Positions 1 through 8,410 of a stretch of DNA of 64,000 nucleotides are shown here, piece by piece. A program made the position numbers and the translations under genes. The notes beneath the pieces are model-generated. The model did no database searches and was not told the DNA's origin. It saw only the letters and a program-made list of their open reading frames with translations. Source of the stretch: an uncultured Rikenellaceae bacterium (GTDB taxonomy: Bacteria; Bacteroidota; Bacteroidia; Bacteroidales; VadinHA17); NCBI GenBank assembly GCA_964389685.1, contig CAYMFM010000004.1:1310-65309 (forward strand). Reading direction: 5' to 3'. Each line of letters opens with the position of its first letter. Within the stretch, counting starts at the first letter, position 1.

Positions 1-214
1 ATAGTCAATTTTTTATGAATTATTTTTTGACGAATTACAAATCTATGCATTTTTTTGTAAACAGTTTGTATGGATTGCTTATTTTGCACTTCGGTCCGGT
101 GAATATTTCCAGCAATCATGACAAACGGTGCACTTATCAAAATAATCGCAACGTAAAAAACGTTTATCAAATTAATTTTCTAAATTTAGCTTTCTTGTAT
201 CTTTATTCCTGTTT

Positions 215-907
215 GTGAACGGTAATCAAGTCCATATCATTGTCACCGTACTACTTTTAATCCTTGTTAGTTCCTGTGGAGACACAAACGACAGAGATTT
301 TCGGGAAGGAGAGATCCATTACAGCATTACTTATCTGGAGAGCAACCTTGGCAAGATTCCGGCCGAATTGTTGCCAAATGAGATGACGATGAAATTCAGG
401 AACGATGCAGTAATGACGGAAATTGATGGCATTTTTGGTTATTTTAACATCAGCAATGTCACCAACAGCAAAAATTCGGATAACATTACCTATTTGAAAG
501 TGATGAACAAGAAGTTTTATTTTGAGGGGAAGCCAGGTGAGATTGCTCCGGGTTTCAGGCTGATGGCTAATATGGATATCGAGATTGTTGATGGAGGAAA
601 AGAGATATGCGGTTTCAATTGTGAGCAGGCAATGATCCGGCTGCCTGAAATCGCAGATGATCCGATTCCGGTATTTTTCACGCGAGAAATTGGTGTAAGA
701 GATCCCAATTCTGCCACACCGTACAAGGAGATTGATGGTGTCCTGCTGGAATTTTATCTTACGTTGAGTAATTTAAAAATGAAGCTCATAGCGGAAAACG
801 TCTATTCAAAGCCAGTATCTGACAAGAAGTTTGATCGCCCGCCGGACTACCTGAGGATCTCAAAACCGATCATGGAAAGCATACTGGACTCTCTTATGGT
901 GAACTGA
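215..907 (+). CDS. putative lipoprotein, unknown function
   Basis: 230-aa ORF with a GTG start. The N-terminus VTVLLLILVSSCGD is a signal peptide plus lipobox Cys. The stop overlaps the ftsK ATG (TGATG at 905-909). No family recognised. Confidence 0.55.
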   Translation: MNGNQVHIIVTVLLLILVSSCGDTNDRDFREGEIHYSITYLESNLGKIPAELLPNEMTMKFRNDAVMTEIDGIFGYFNISNVTNSKNSDNITYLKVMNKKFYFEGKPGEIAPGFRLMANMDIEIVDGGKEICGFNCEQAMIRLPEIADDPIPVFFTREIGVRDPNSATPYKEIDGVLLEFYLTLSNLKMKLIAENVYSKPVSDKKFDRPPDYLRISKPIMESILDSLMVN

Positions 908-3282
908 TGGCAAAGAGGAACAAATCGAAACAGAAATCGCAAAGAAAGAGCAGGTTGATCATGTTTTTCAGAGATGATCGCACAAAGCTTGTTCTTGGCC
1001 TTTCCATCATTGTTTTTGCCCTCTATCTTTCCCTGGCTTTTATATCCTATCTTTTCTCCTGGAAAATTGATCAAAGTTTCGAATGGTCAAGGATTTTTTC
1101 AGGTCCGGAGGTACAGGTCGAGAACTGGTCAGGAAAAACCGGAGCCTGGTTTGCTTATTTGTTCATGGACCGCTGGTTTGGCATTGCTTCTTTTTCCATC
1201 CCTTTTTTACTTCTGATCATAGGATTAAGGTTACTGAACCTGAAATTATTACCCCTCTGGAGAACCATCAAAATTACAGTGGTTGCCACGATTTTACTAT
1301 CGGTAACTTTCGGATATCTTTTTAGCAATTCGGGTGGTTTTCTGGGCAGCGGACTGGGAGGAAATCATGGTTTTGTTGTGAGTAACTGGCTTAACGCATT
1401 TATCGGAAAGATTGGAACAGCATTTCTTTTACTGGTTGCAATCATCGCTTTCTTCCTTTTTTCCTTCAACGTTTATTTTCCATGGATACGTTTTCGAAAG
1501 AAGGAGAAGGATGTAACGGGTGAACAGGAACCGGTGGGTGGTAAGGGTATCGTATCGGTTTTGCCCGGGGATGATGAAGAGGAAGAGGGGGATGAGACCG
1601 ATTATGATCCATTTGATGACAAGCCGGGTAAGGAAGAAACAGCTGCAGTGGATGACAACGCGGGTAATAAGGATGGTGTGAAGATGACCGTAGAAGAAAA
1701 GAGGGAAAATGATCTGTACGATGAAAGTGAGATAGAACGGAGGCCCCTGGAGCCTTATGATCCGACGCTCGATCTTTCTTCCTACACTCCGCCTCCTGTT
1801 TCGCTGCTTGATCAATATGATGGTGAAGATTCCACGGTCAGCAAGGAGGAATTAATCGGCAATAAGAACAGAATCGTTGAGACGCTTGCTAACTACAAGA
1901 TCCAGATTGACCGGATCAAAGCAACCATTGGCCCGGCGGTTACCCTCTATGAAATAGTTCCTGCACCCGGTGTACGAATATCCAAGATCAAGAACCTGGA
2001 AGATGATATTGCCTTAAGCCTATCCGCTCTCGGAATCCGGATCATTGCTCCCATACCCGGGAGGGGAACAATTGGCATTGAGGTTCCGAACCAGAACCCG
2101 GAGATCGTTACGATGCGATCGATGATTACATCACGTAAGTTCCAGGAGTCGGACTTTGACCTGGGTGTTGCGATAGGGAAGACTATTTCAAATGAAACCT
2201 ATGTTGTTGACTTGACCCAAATGCCACACCTTTTAATTGCCGGCGCTACCGGACAGGGGAAATCGGTCGGTTTAAATGCTATCATTGCATCCCTTCTCTA
2301 CAAGAAGCATCCGTCGGAATTGAAATTTGTGCTGATTGATCCGAAAAAGGTGGAACTAACCCTCTATACACGGTTAGAAAGGCATTTTCTTGCGAAGATT
2401 CCGGGGATCGAAGAACCCATCATTACGGATACTCAGAGTGTAATCAATACATTGAACTCACTGACCATTGAAATGGATCAACGCTACGATCTGTTGAAAA
2501 TGGGTCAGGTGCGTAACATCAAAGAATACAATACAAAATTCAAGGAGCGCAAGCTGAATCCTGATAAGGGGCACCGCTATTTGCCCTACATTGTGCTGAT
2601 CGTTGATGAATTTGCAGATCTGATCATGACTGCCGGAAAAGAGATTGAAACGCCTCTGGCAAGGTTAGCTCAGATTGCCAGGGCTGTTGGTATTCATCTG
2701 GTTATAGCAACACAACGACCAACCACCAACATCATCACAGGGGTTATCAAAGCCAACTTTCCCGTTCGGATTGCATTCCGTGTGACTTCCATGATAGACT
2801 CAAGGACGATCCTTGACAGCCCGGGAGCCAATCAACTGGTTGGGCGTGGGGATATGCTCATACTCCCGGGAGGGAGTGACCTTATCAGGCTCCAGTGTGC
2901 ATTTATTGGTAGCAATGAGATCGACCGGATTACTGATTTTATCGGTTCACAGAGAGGTTACCCAACGGCATTCATGCTTCCCGAATATTCAGACGATACG
3001 TCGGATGAACTGGATGAGATTGATCTGCAAAAGCGCGATCCTCTGTTCGATGAAGCGGCCAGAATGGTGGTTTTGCACCAGCAGGGTTCAACTTCACTGA
3101 TCCAGCGAAAATTATCCATTGGTTACAACCGTGCAGGCAGGATAATTGATCAACTCGAAGCAGCAGGGATTGTCGGGCCATTTGAAGGGAGCAAAGCGCG
3201 GCAGGTTCTGCTGACAGATGAATACTCTTTGGAACAGTTTTTGCGAAAACTGGATGAAAGCTCTTCATTGGGAACGGAGTAA
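907..3282 (+). CDS. ftsK: DNA translocase FtsK/SpoIIIE
   Basis: 791 aa. N-terminal TM helices, an acidic/Pro-rich linker, a motor domain with Walker A GATGQGKS and Walker B LIVDEFADL, and a C-terminal gamma winged-helix (LIQRKLSIGYNRAGRIIDQLE). Confidence 0.95.
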   Translation: MAKRNKSKQKSQRKSRLIMFFRDDRTKLVLGLSIIVFALYLSLAFISYLFSWKIDQSFEWSRIFSGPEVQVENWSGKTGAWFAYLFMDRWFGIASFSIPFLLLIIGLRLLNLKLLPLWRTIKITVVATILLSVTFGYLFSNSGGFLGSGLGGNHGFVVSNWLNAFIGKIGTAFLLLVAIIAFFLFSFNVYFPWIRFRKKEKDVTGEQEPVGGKGIVSVLPGDDEEEEGDETDYDPFDDKPGKEETAAVDDNAGNKDGVKMTVEEKRENDLYDESEIERRPLEPYDPTLDLSSYTPPPVSLLDQYDGEDSTVSKEELIGNKNRIVETLANYKIQIDRIKATIGPAVTLYEIVPAPGVRISKIKNLEDDIALSLSALGIRIIAPIPGRGTIGIEVPNQNPEIVTMRSMITSRKFQESDFDLGVAIGKTISNETYVVDLTQMPHLLIAGATGQGKSVGLNAIIASLLYKKHPSELKFVLIDPKKVELTLYTRLERHFLAKIPGIEEPIITDTQSVINTLNSLTIEMDQRYDLLKMGQVRNIKEYNTKFKERKLNPDKGHRYLPYIVLIVDEFADLIMTAGKEIETPLARLAQIARAVGIHLVIATQRPTTNIITGVIKANFPVRIAFRVTSMIDSRTILDSPGANQLVGRGDMLILPGGSDLIRLQCAFIGSNEIDRITDFIGSQRGYPTAFMLPEYSDDTSDELDEIDLQKRDPLFDEAARMVVLHQQGSTSLIQRKLSIGYNRAGRIIDQLEAAGIVGPFEGSKARQVLLTDEYSLEQFLRKLDESSSLGTE

Positions 3283-3295
3283 ATATCAAAATTAC

Positions 3296-3943
3296 ATGAT
3301 ACGACTTTTTTATATCATCATTCTGACATTGCTTGCTTCCACCGCTATTGCCCAGGATGAGGAAACAGCAAAAAGAATCCTGGATGAGTTCTCTGATAAA
3401 CTGAACACTTACAAGTCGGTGAAAGCAACATTTACCTTTACGGATATTAACCTGAGGGAAGATACCCAAGACAGTTATGAAGGCGACATAACCTTCAAAG
3501 GGGAGATGTTCCGTCTCAATATCCTTGAAACAGAAAACTGGTTCAACGGCAAAATATTGTGGAACTACCTACCGGATGTAAATGAAGTCAATGTTTCCGA
3601 GCCCGATCAGGAAGATGATGTGATTCTGAATAATCCCTTTCGTCTGTTCGAGTCCTATGAAACCAGGTTTAAGTGTGGTTTTCTTGGAGAAACGAGCGAA
3701 GGGAACCACGCCGTGTACGAAATTGACCTGATTCCCCTGGATCTTGGTGTTGAGTATTCAAGGATCAGGATCAGGATTTTGAAAAACAGCATGGAACTTC
3801 TCTCTGCACAGTACTTTAAGAAAGATGGCAATCATTATTTGATCGAGGTATCATCCCTTTCCACCAATCTTGACCTTCCCGATTCGTACTTTTCCTTTAA
3901 CGTTAATGAACATCCCGGAGTAGAGGTGATTGATTTACGATAA
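3296..3943 (+). CDS. lolA: LolA-like outer-membrane lipoprotein carrier protein
   Basis: The track ORF starts at 3218 inside ftsK. The ATG at 3296 gives the signal peptide MIRLFYIIILTLLASTAIAQ. Size is about 215 aa and ftsK-lolA synteny is conserved. Confidence 0.7.
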   Translation: MIRLFYIIILTLLASTAIAQDEETAKRILDEFSDKLNTYKSVKATFTFTDINLREDTQDSYEGDITFKGEMFRLNILETENWFNGKILWNYLPDVNEVNVSEPDQEDDVILNNPFRLFESYETRFKCGFLGETSEGNHAVYEIDLIPLDLGVEYSRIRIRILKNSMELLSAQYFKKDGNHYLIEVSSLSTNLDLPDSYFSFNVNEHPGVEVIDLR

Positions 3944-4981
3944 TATTGGCTGCTTATTAGTTGGATTCATGCATAAGACAGATTACGGAGAAGGAGTTCA
4001 TGAAGGTGGAGGATTGATGTAATTTACTCGCCCTGATAAATCATTCCTCGTGTAATTCACTTTCCGCCGGCGGATAACGTAATTCGTTCGTTCGCCACCT
4101 GACTGCCGTGTATTTCTTCAATATTTAGGTAACAGATTTTTGATTCATATTTTATGATCTATTTAGCTATCCAATAGACGAATTTTTCATGCGTATTCTG
4201 GAGTATATAAAGAAGAGAATCCCGGAGGGATTAAAGTATGAATAGCCCGGTACAAGCCCCGACAATCTCGTCGGAGCGCAGTGCCGGGTATTGAGATGAG
4301 ACTTAACCCGAAAAATTCTTTGAATTTTTCGCCATTTATGGCTGACGAAAAGTCAAATTCAAGTATGTTAACTGTTTCACTCAACAGTTATCTTCAAAAC
4401 TGATGAAAATTTCATACCCAAACTTGAGGGTATTGAATTTGACTTTTATCAGGGTTAACCCTGACATATATAATTGATAATCAATAGATTTCAATTATGT
4501 GTCGTCATTATTCATGCTGAATGCATGAATAATTCGGGTTAAGACCAACCCCGGATGCCTGCCTGCCGGCAGGCAGGGGGTTGAATATTATTACGTTAAA
4601 AAGAAACATTCAACCCCTTTAGGGTTGTAAATCATCTGTTACAAAGCACCACCGGTGACAACCGGTGGTTATTCAATGTTCTACCCCTGTCGGGGTATGA
4701 TAATGATTTTAAATCAAAATTAAGTTGAACAAGACAGAATATCACGTAAGAATAAATAAGAAGAACAACATTGTTACCGAAATTGTGAAGTATTACACTG
4801 CTGGCGGACTCACTGTTATTTATACGCTGACGCGAATGTTATTCATTGTTATTACACATTATTTAGCACTTACCGGGAATCACTTAATAACGGTCGCATA
4901 GCGACCAAATAACCATAAATAACGCTCCCGAAGGGAGCAAATAACCACTTAATTATTACCACTTTCCCATTACTGATTAAC
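3944..4981. repeat. 1038-bp ORF-free region densely packed with short perfect stem-loops
   Basis: Hand-mapped hairpins (5-10 bp stems, 3-8 nt loops) at 4309-4331, 4369-4390, 4414-4433, 4508-4532, 4558-4577 (20-nt perfect palindrome), 4648-4669, 4682-4697, 4892-4906 and 4924-4938. Only one short implausible ORF (4187-4384) is present. Confidence 0.7.
4300..4546. mobile_element. possible MITE-like or inverton-like unit bounded by an imperfect 19-bp inverted repeat
   Basis: Left arm gacttaacccgaaaaattc (4300-4318) versus the reverse complement of the right arm gaataattcgggttaagac(c) (4527-4546). 16 of 19 positions match and the interior is about 208 bp. The left arm recurs at 9843-9883. Confidence 0.3.
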
Positions 4982-7135
4982 TTATCCCTCTACTTTAGGA
5001 TATTCAATCCGGGTGTGGTAGATATTTGCCAACCGCTTTTTAAATACCTGTTTGATAGCATCAATGTTTTTAAAGGTAATGGGTGAATCGTAGAACTGGC
5101 TCTCTTTGACCTGATAATCGATAATTGCATCGACCAGTTCATCGATTGTTTCCTGAGAATAGGACTTAAGGCTTCTGGAAGAAGCTTCGACGGAATCAGC
5201 CATCATCAGAACAGCCGTTTCATTGGAGAAGGGTTTCGGTCCAGGATAGGAGAAACGTTTTGGATCGACCTCTCCTTCGGGGAATTTTTTGATGTAGGAC
5301 CGGTAAAAATACTGGACCTTTGTTGTTCCATGGTGGGTTTGTATAAAATCTATGATCTGTGAAGGGAGTTTGTGCTTTTTTGCCATTTCAACCCCTTTTT
5401 GTACATGACCGATGATGATTTCTGCACTTGCATCGAATTCAAGAGCATCGTGGGGGTTATATCCGTCTCTCTGATTTTCGATAAAATAAATGGGATTCTC
5501 CATTTTACCAATATCGTGATACAGGGCACCTGTACGGACAAGAAGCGGATTGCCTCCAATAACCCGTATGGCTTCCTCAGCGAGGTTACTGACCTGCAGG
5601 GAGTGCTGGAAAGATCCGGGGGCTTTTTCAGCAAGCTTTCGCAATAAGGGTTGATTGGTATCGGAAAGCTCCATCAAAGTTGCATCGGATAGAAATCCAA
5701 ATGTTTTTTCAAATACAAAAATGAGTGGATAAGATAACAATATCAATCCACTGTTTCCTGCAAACCAGGCATAATCGATCCATTCGATGCTACTGAAATT
5801 ACCTTCCTGGATGATAGCCATTCCGAAATAGACAAAGCCGTAACTGACAAAAATGAGGACAGCGGTCAGGAATAATTTTCCGCGGCGATAAATGTTCGTG
5901 AGGCTAAAAAGTGCAACGATACCGGCTATGATATTCAGGAATACAAATTCGAAAGCATTGGGCACCAGGAACCCGATAATCATGAGTGTGATCATATGGA
6001 TGAACAGGGCAAGTCGTGCATCATAAAATGTCCTGATAATAATGGGGACGATGGCAAATGGTACGAGAAAGATACTGACTGCACGGGTTTTCAGGATCAT
6101 ACTGGCAATGAAAACAAAAAGCACTAGCAGGAACAGGATAAAAACGGATTTGAGGTTATCCTGGTAAATCTCGTTACGGAAGTGGTATAGGAAAAGAAAA
6201 AGTACCAGGATAGAAATAAAGAGAAGAATGATCTGCCCGGCAATGATCAGCAAATAGTTGGAAGAGTAACCCATCCGGGTTTCGTATTCCTGACGCAGCG
6301 ATTCCAGGATCCGGAATTTCTGATGTGAGACCACTTCACCACGTGAAATGATCCGTTCACCCATCTGGACCATACCCTGTGTCAGTGAAATTTCACCGAT
6401 CAGACTCTCTTTTACTGTATTTGATGTTTCCTCATCATAGGTAAGGTTGGGTTCGATAAACTCATTCAGATTCAATTTTCTGAAAAATTCAAGGGTCCGT
6501 TCCTCACCTTCCCTCATGTCTTCAAGTTTCATTGAATTCACAGCATTCACCATGTATTCATAGGCTGATTTTTGAGTAAAAACCTCAGAATAATCATACT
6601 CTTCTGCTATTTTACCCTTCATCAGCACGATCGATAATTGTTGGTTATCAACACGTTCAAGTACATCTTGTACGCCGACTATCCCTTTTGAATAGACAAA
6701 CTCGAGCAATTTGGAGGCAAAACTTTTATATCTTTCTTCTGTTTCTAATAGTTGTCTATCTCTCCACCTCGCTTCGTTCAGCTCTTCTGTAATGCCATAC
6801 TCCTCTTCCAGATGAGTTTTCCATACCTCGTTGAATATCTCATAAAACCGGTTCAGTTGATTTATTACCAGAACACTATCATATCGAAAATAGGGCTTGA
6901 ATTCCCGGAGGATACTATCCCGCTCACTAGTAATTTCATTTTCCAATTTGTGAATGGGGAAATCATGCGGAGCAATAAGATCTTCGTGCATCCATGGCCT
7001 TCCTCTCTGGTATTCATACTTGAATTTACCCTCCCTCGGAAAGAGGTAGACAAGAAAAGTAACTGAGCACAGGATGATCATAATCCTCAGGATGACTTTT
7101 TTATTTTCCCTGATAAACTGTAGTGCCTTTTTCAT
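4982..7135 (-). CDS. pgpH: 7TM receptor with intracellular HD hydrolase domain (PgpH/YqfF family, cyclic-di-AMP phosphodiesterase-like)
   Basis: 717 aa. N-terminal signal/TM and extracytoplasmic domain, seven TM helices in the middle, and a C-terminal HD domain (HSLQVS..., ALYHDIGK, QTHHGT). Confidence 0.85.
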   Translation of the reverse strand: MKKALQFIRENKKVILRIMIILCSVTFLVYLFPREGKFKYEYQRGRPWMHEDLIAPHDFPIHKLENEITSERDSILREFKPYFRYDSVLVINQLNRFYEIFNEVWKTHLEEEYGITEELNEARWRDRQLLETEERYKSFASKLLEFVYSKGIVGVQDVLERVDNQQLSIVLMKGKIAEEYDYSEVFTQKSAYEYMVNAVNSMKLEDMREGEERTLEFFRKLNLNEFIEPNLTYDEETSNTVKESLIGEISLTQGMVQMGERIISRGEVVSHQKFRILESLRQEYETRMGYSSNYLLIIAGQIILLFISILVLFLFLYHFRNEIYQDNLKSVFILFLLVLFVFIASMILKTRAVSIFLVPFAIVPIIIRTFYDARLALFIHMITLMIIGFLVPNAFEFVFLNIIAGIVALFSLTNIYRRGKLFLTAVLIFVSYGFVYFGMAIIQEGNFSSIEWIDYAWFAGNSGLILLSYPLIFVFEKTFGFLSDATLMELSDTNQPLLRKLAEKAPGSFQHSLQVSNLAEEAIRVIGGNPLLVRTGALYHDIGKMENPIYFIENQRDGYNPHDALEFDASAEIIIGHVQKGVEMAKKHKLPSQIIDFIQTHHGTTKVQYFYRSYIKKFPEGEVDPKRFSYPGPKPFSNETAVLMMADSVEASSRSLKSYSQETIDELVDAIIDYQVKESQFYDSPITFKNIDAIKQVFKKRLANIYHTRIEYPKVEG

Positions 7136-7189
7136 TCGTTCAGGTATCTATAAATCACATACATGCAATTCCTCAGAATGGAATCGTCA

Positions 7190-7197
7190 CAAAGGTA
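7190..7197 (-). promoter_or_regulatory. Bacteroidota sigma-A -7 box (TAccTTTG on the minus strand) upstream of pgpH
   Basis: Plus strand caaaggta equals minus strand TACCTTTG, matching the TAnnTTTG consensus, 55-62 nt upstream of the ATG at 7135. The 8-mer is individually weak, since many chance matches are expected. Confidence 0.35.
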
Positions 7198-7668
7198 AAA
7201 CATTATTTTGAAATGCAGTATCGCATTTCGTTGGTCGGTTACGAATCCCGTTTCGAAATCCGGTTACGAAATTTGGGACAATGGAATCACTCAGGAATGC
7301 TAATCACCTTCGGGATAAAATCATCCTGGTACTTTGGTTCGTTTCTTTTGATCGTTCAACCCCGAAGGGCTCATGAACACCTTTGAAAATAAACAATTAA
7401 GTGAGTAAAAGAGATGAACTGGGATTTCCTCGAAGGGGTCCCTATGAAATAATCCCATGGTATTGGATATTCGTCATGGTACGTTGCTATTTCACAGGGC
7501 CTGTAGCAAATCGATCCATTTGGGATTCTCTCATTAATAAGGGTTCCTGCATTCCGCCGGATGAAACGTATGGTTTTTCAAACAACCAAGCAGTTCCGGC
7601 AATTTATGTTGCGTTACCTTTACCCCGGCTTAAAAGCCGGGGCTATTGACTTTTAACCACTCTGTGGT

Positions 7669-7706
7669 TAATATCCCCAATCGCCCGAAGGGCGAATAAC
7701 CGCCTT
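7669..7706. repeat. hairpin repeat copy: ATCCCCAA-tcgccc-gaa-gggcga-ATAACCGCCTT
   Basis: Near-identical to 8214-8252. The hairpin lies at 7681-7695. It is preceded by two further hairpins: ccccggc/gccgggg at 7623-7642 and ttaaccac/gtggttaa at 7652-7670. Confidence 0.7.
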
Positions 7707-8123
7707 ATAAGAATTGCGTATGAAAACCGGGACGTAGGGTAAATGCCAGAAAGATAAAATGCTGTCTGATCCCGCCTTTGCCTGCCCTACCTGCATTGCA
7801 AGTAAACAAGATTCTCAATAAGCCACAACCTCTACCAGCCGATTCATAAAGCAGCCCATTACGGAGAACCACTGTGGATAAATCCTACCAGTCCCTAATA
7901 ATTTGATCAATTTCTCAACCAGCGAAGAAAACGTAGCAGATTTGCAGCAGGAAGAGGCGGGAGAGTTCATTTTATCTGTGCCTGCTGGGTCCCCTGGTTT
8001 TCAAGCAATTCTTATGCAGCGGGAGCTTTCTTTGCTACCTTTCTTTTGCGGAAAAAGAAAGGTAGGCAAGCCGACCGGGCACGGCGCGCAGAAAAATGGC
8101 TTGTGTGTAAGACTTCATAAAAA

Positions 8124-8148
8124 AGAGGCTGCTTTTTGAGCAGCCTCT
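8124..8148. terminator. orphan bidirectional intrinsic terminator-like hairpin
   Basis: agaggctgc (8124-8132), loop tttttga, gcagcctct (8140-8148). An A6 run lies upstream, which is a T6 tail on the minus strand. The plus-strand tail is actattttta. It is not downstream of any credible CDS. Confidence 0.5.
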
Positions 8149-8213
8149 ACTATTTTTATGTATTATAACGATTTAATGAAGTAGCGTGATATTTCCTGCT
8201 TTCTTGAATCGTT

Positions 8214-8283
8214 TACGATCCCCAATCGCCCGCCAGGGCGAGTAACCGCCTTCTGCCGAAGGCCCGCCTGCCGGCAGGTATGA
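8214..8283. repeat. hairpin repeat copy plus GC palindrome cluster
   Basis: ATCCCCAA-tcgccc-gcca-gggcga-GTAACCGCCTT (hairpin 8226-8241). Then gccttc-tgcc-gaaggc (8248-8263). Then the 12-nt palindrome cctgccggcagg (8267-8278). Confidence 0.7.
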
Positions 8284-8382
8284 CAATTGTATCGACCCTG
8301 TGAAATAGAGGCAACACCGCTCCTTCTAAGCAGAATTACACATGGTGAATAAATGCATGGCTCTCGCATGACAAAAAATTTA

Positions 8383-8390
8383 TACCTTTG
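8383..8390 (+). promoter_or_regulatory. Bacteroidota -7 box TAccTTTG upstream of the C40 peptidase gene
   Basis: Exact TAnnTTTG match 21 nt upstream of the ATG at 8411. Confidence 0.45.
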
Positions 8391-8410
8391 GATACTTTTT
8401 TTATTCCATA

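Noticed and set aside
3218-3295. N-terminal extensions proposed by the ORF track (also 14354-14485, 15423-15503, 31560-31631, 33222-33365, 39456-39515, 46673-46828, 51664-51684, 57320-57349, 59863-59988, 11079-11171)
   Set aside because: They overlap upstream genes or run through hairpin or promoter sequence. They also precede an internal Met that gives a proper signal peptide or a family-typical N-terminus.
4187-4384. Small ORFs in the long gaps (4187-4384, 7123-7386, 7401-7649, 7903-8139, 8163-8462, 15-218)
   Set aside because: They have non-ATG starts or run across repeat or hairpin elements. Their composition is implausible and they have no motifs. The ORF at 8163-8462 also overlaps the C40 gene start and its -7 box.
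4400-4406. Hammerhead ribozyme core CTGATGA
   Set aside because: No stem II, GAAA box or stem III can be drawn around it. It is a chance heptamer.
7700-8150. Known housekeeping RNAs (RNase P RNA, tmRNA, SRP RNA) or a TPP/cobalamin riboswitch in the long gap
   Set aside because: I looked for GAGGAAAGTCC and ACAGAA..GGCTTA (RNase P), a tRNA-like 3-prime end and tag ORF (tmRNA), the GGAAGCAGCC-type SRP motif, and the CTGAGA / ACCTGATCTGGATAATGCCAGCG TPP core. Only short partial resemblances turned up, in the wrong order or spacing.
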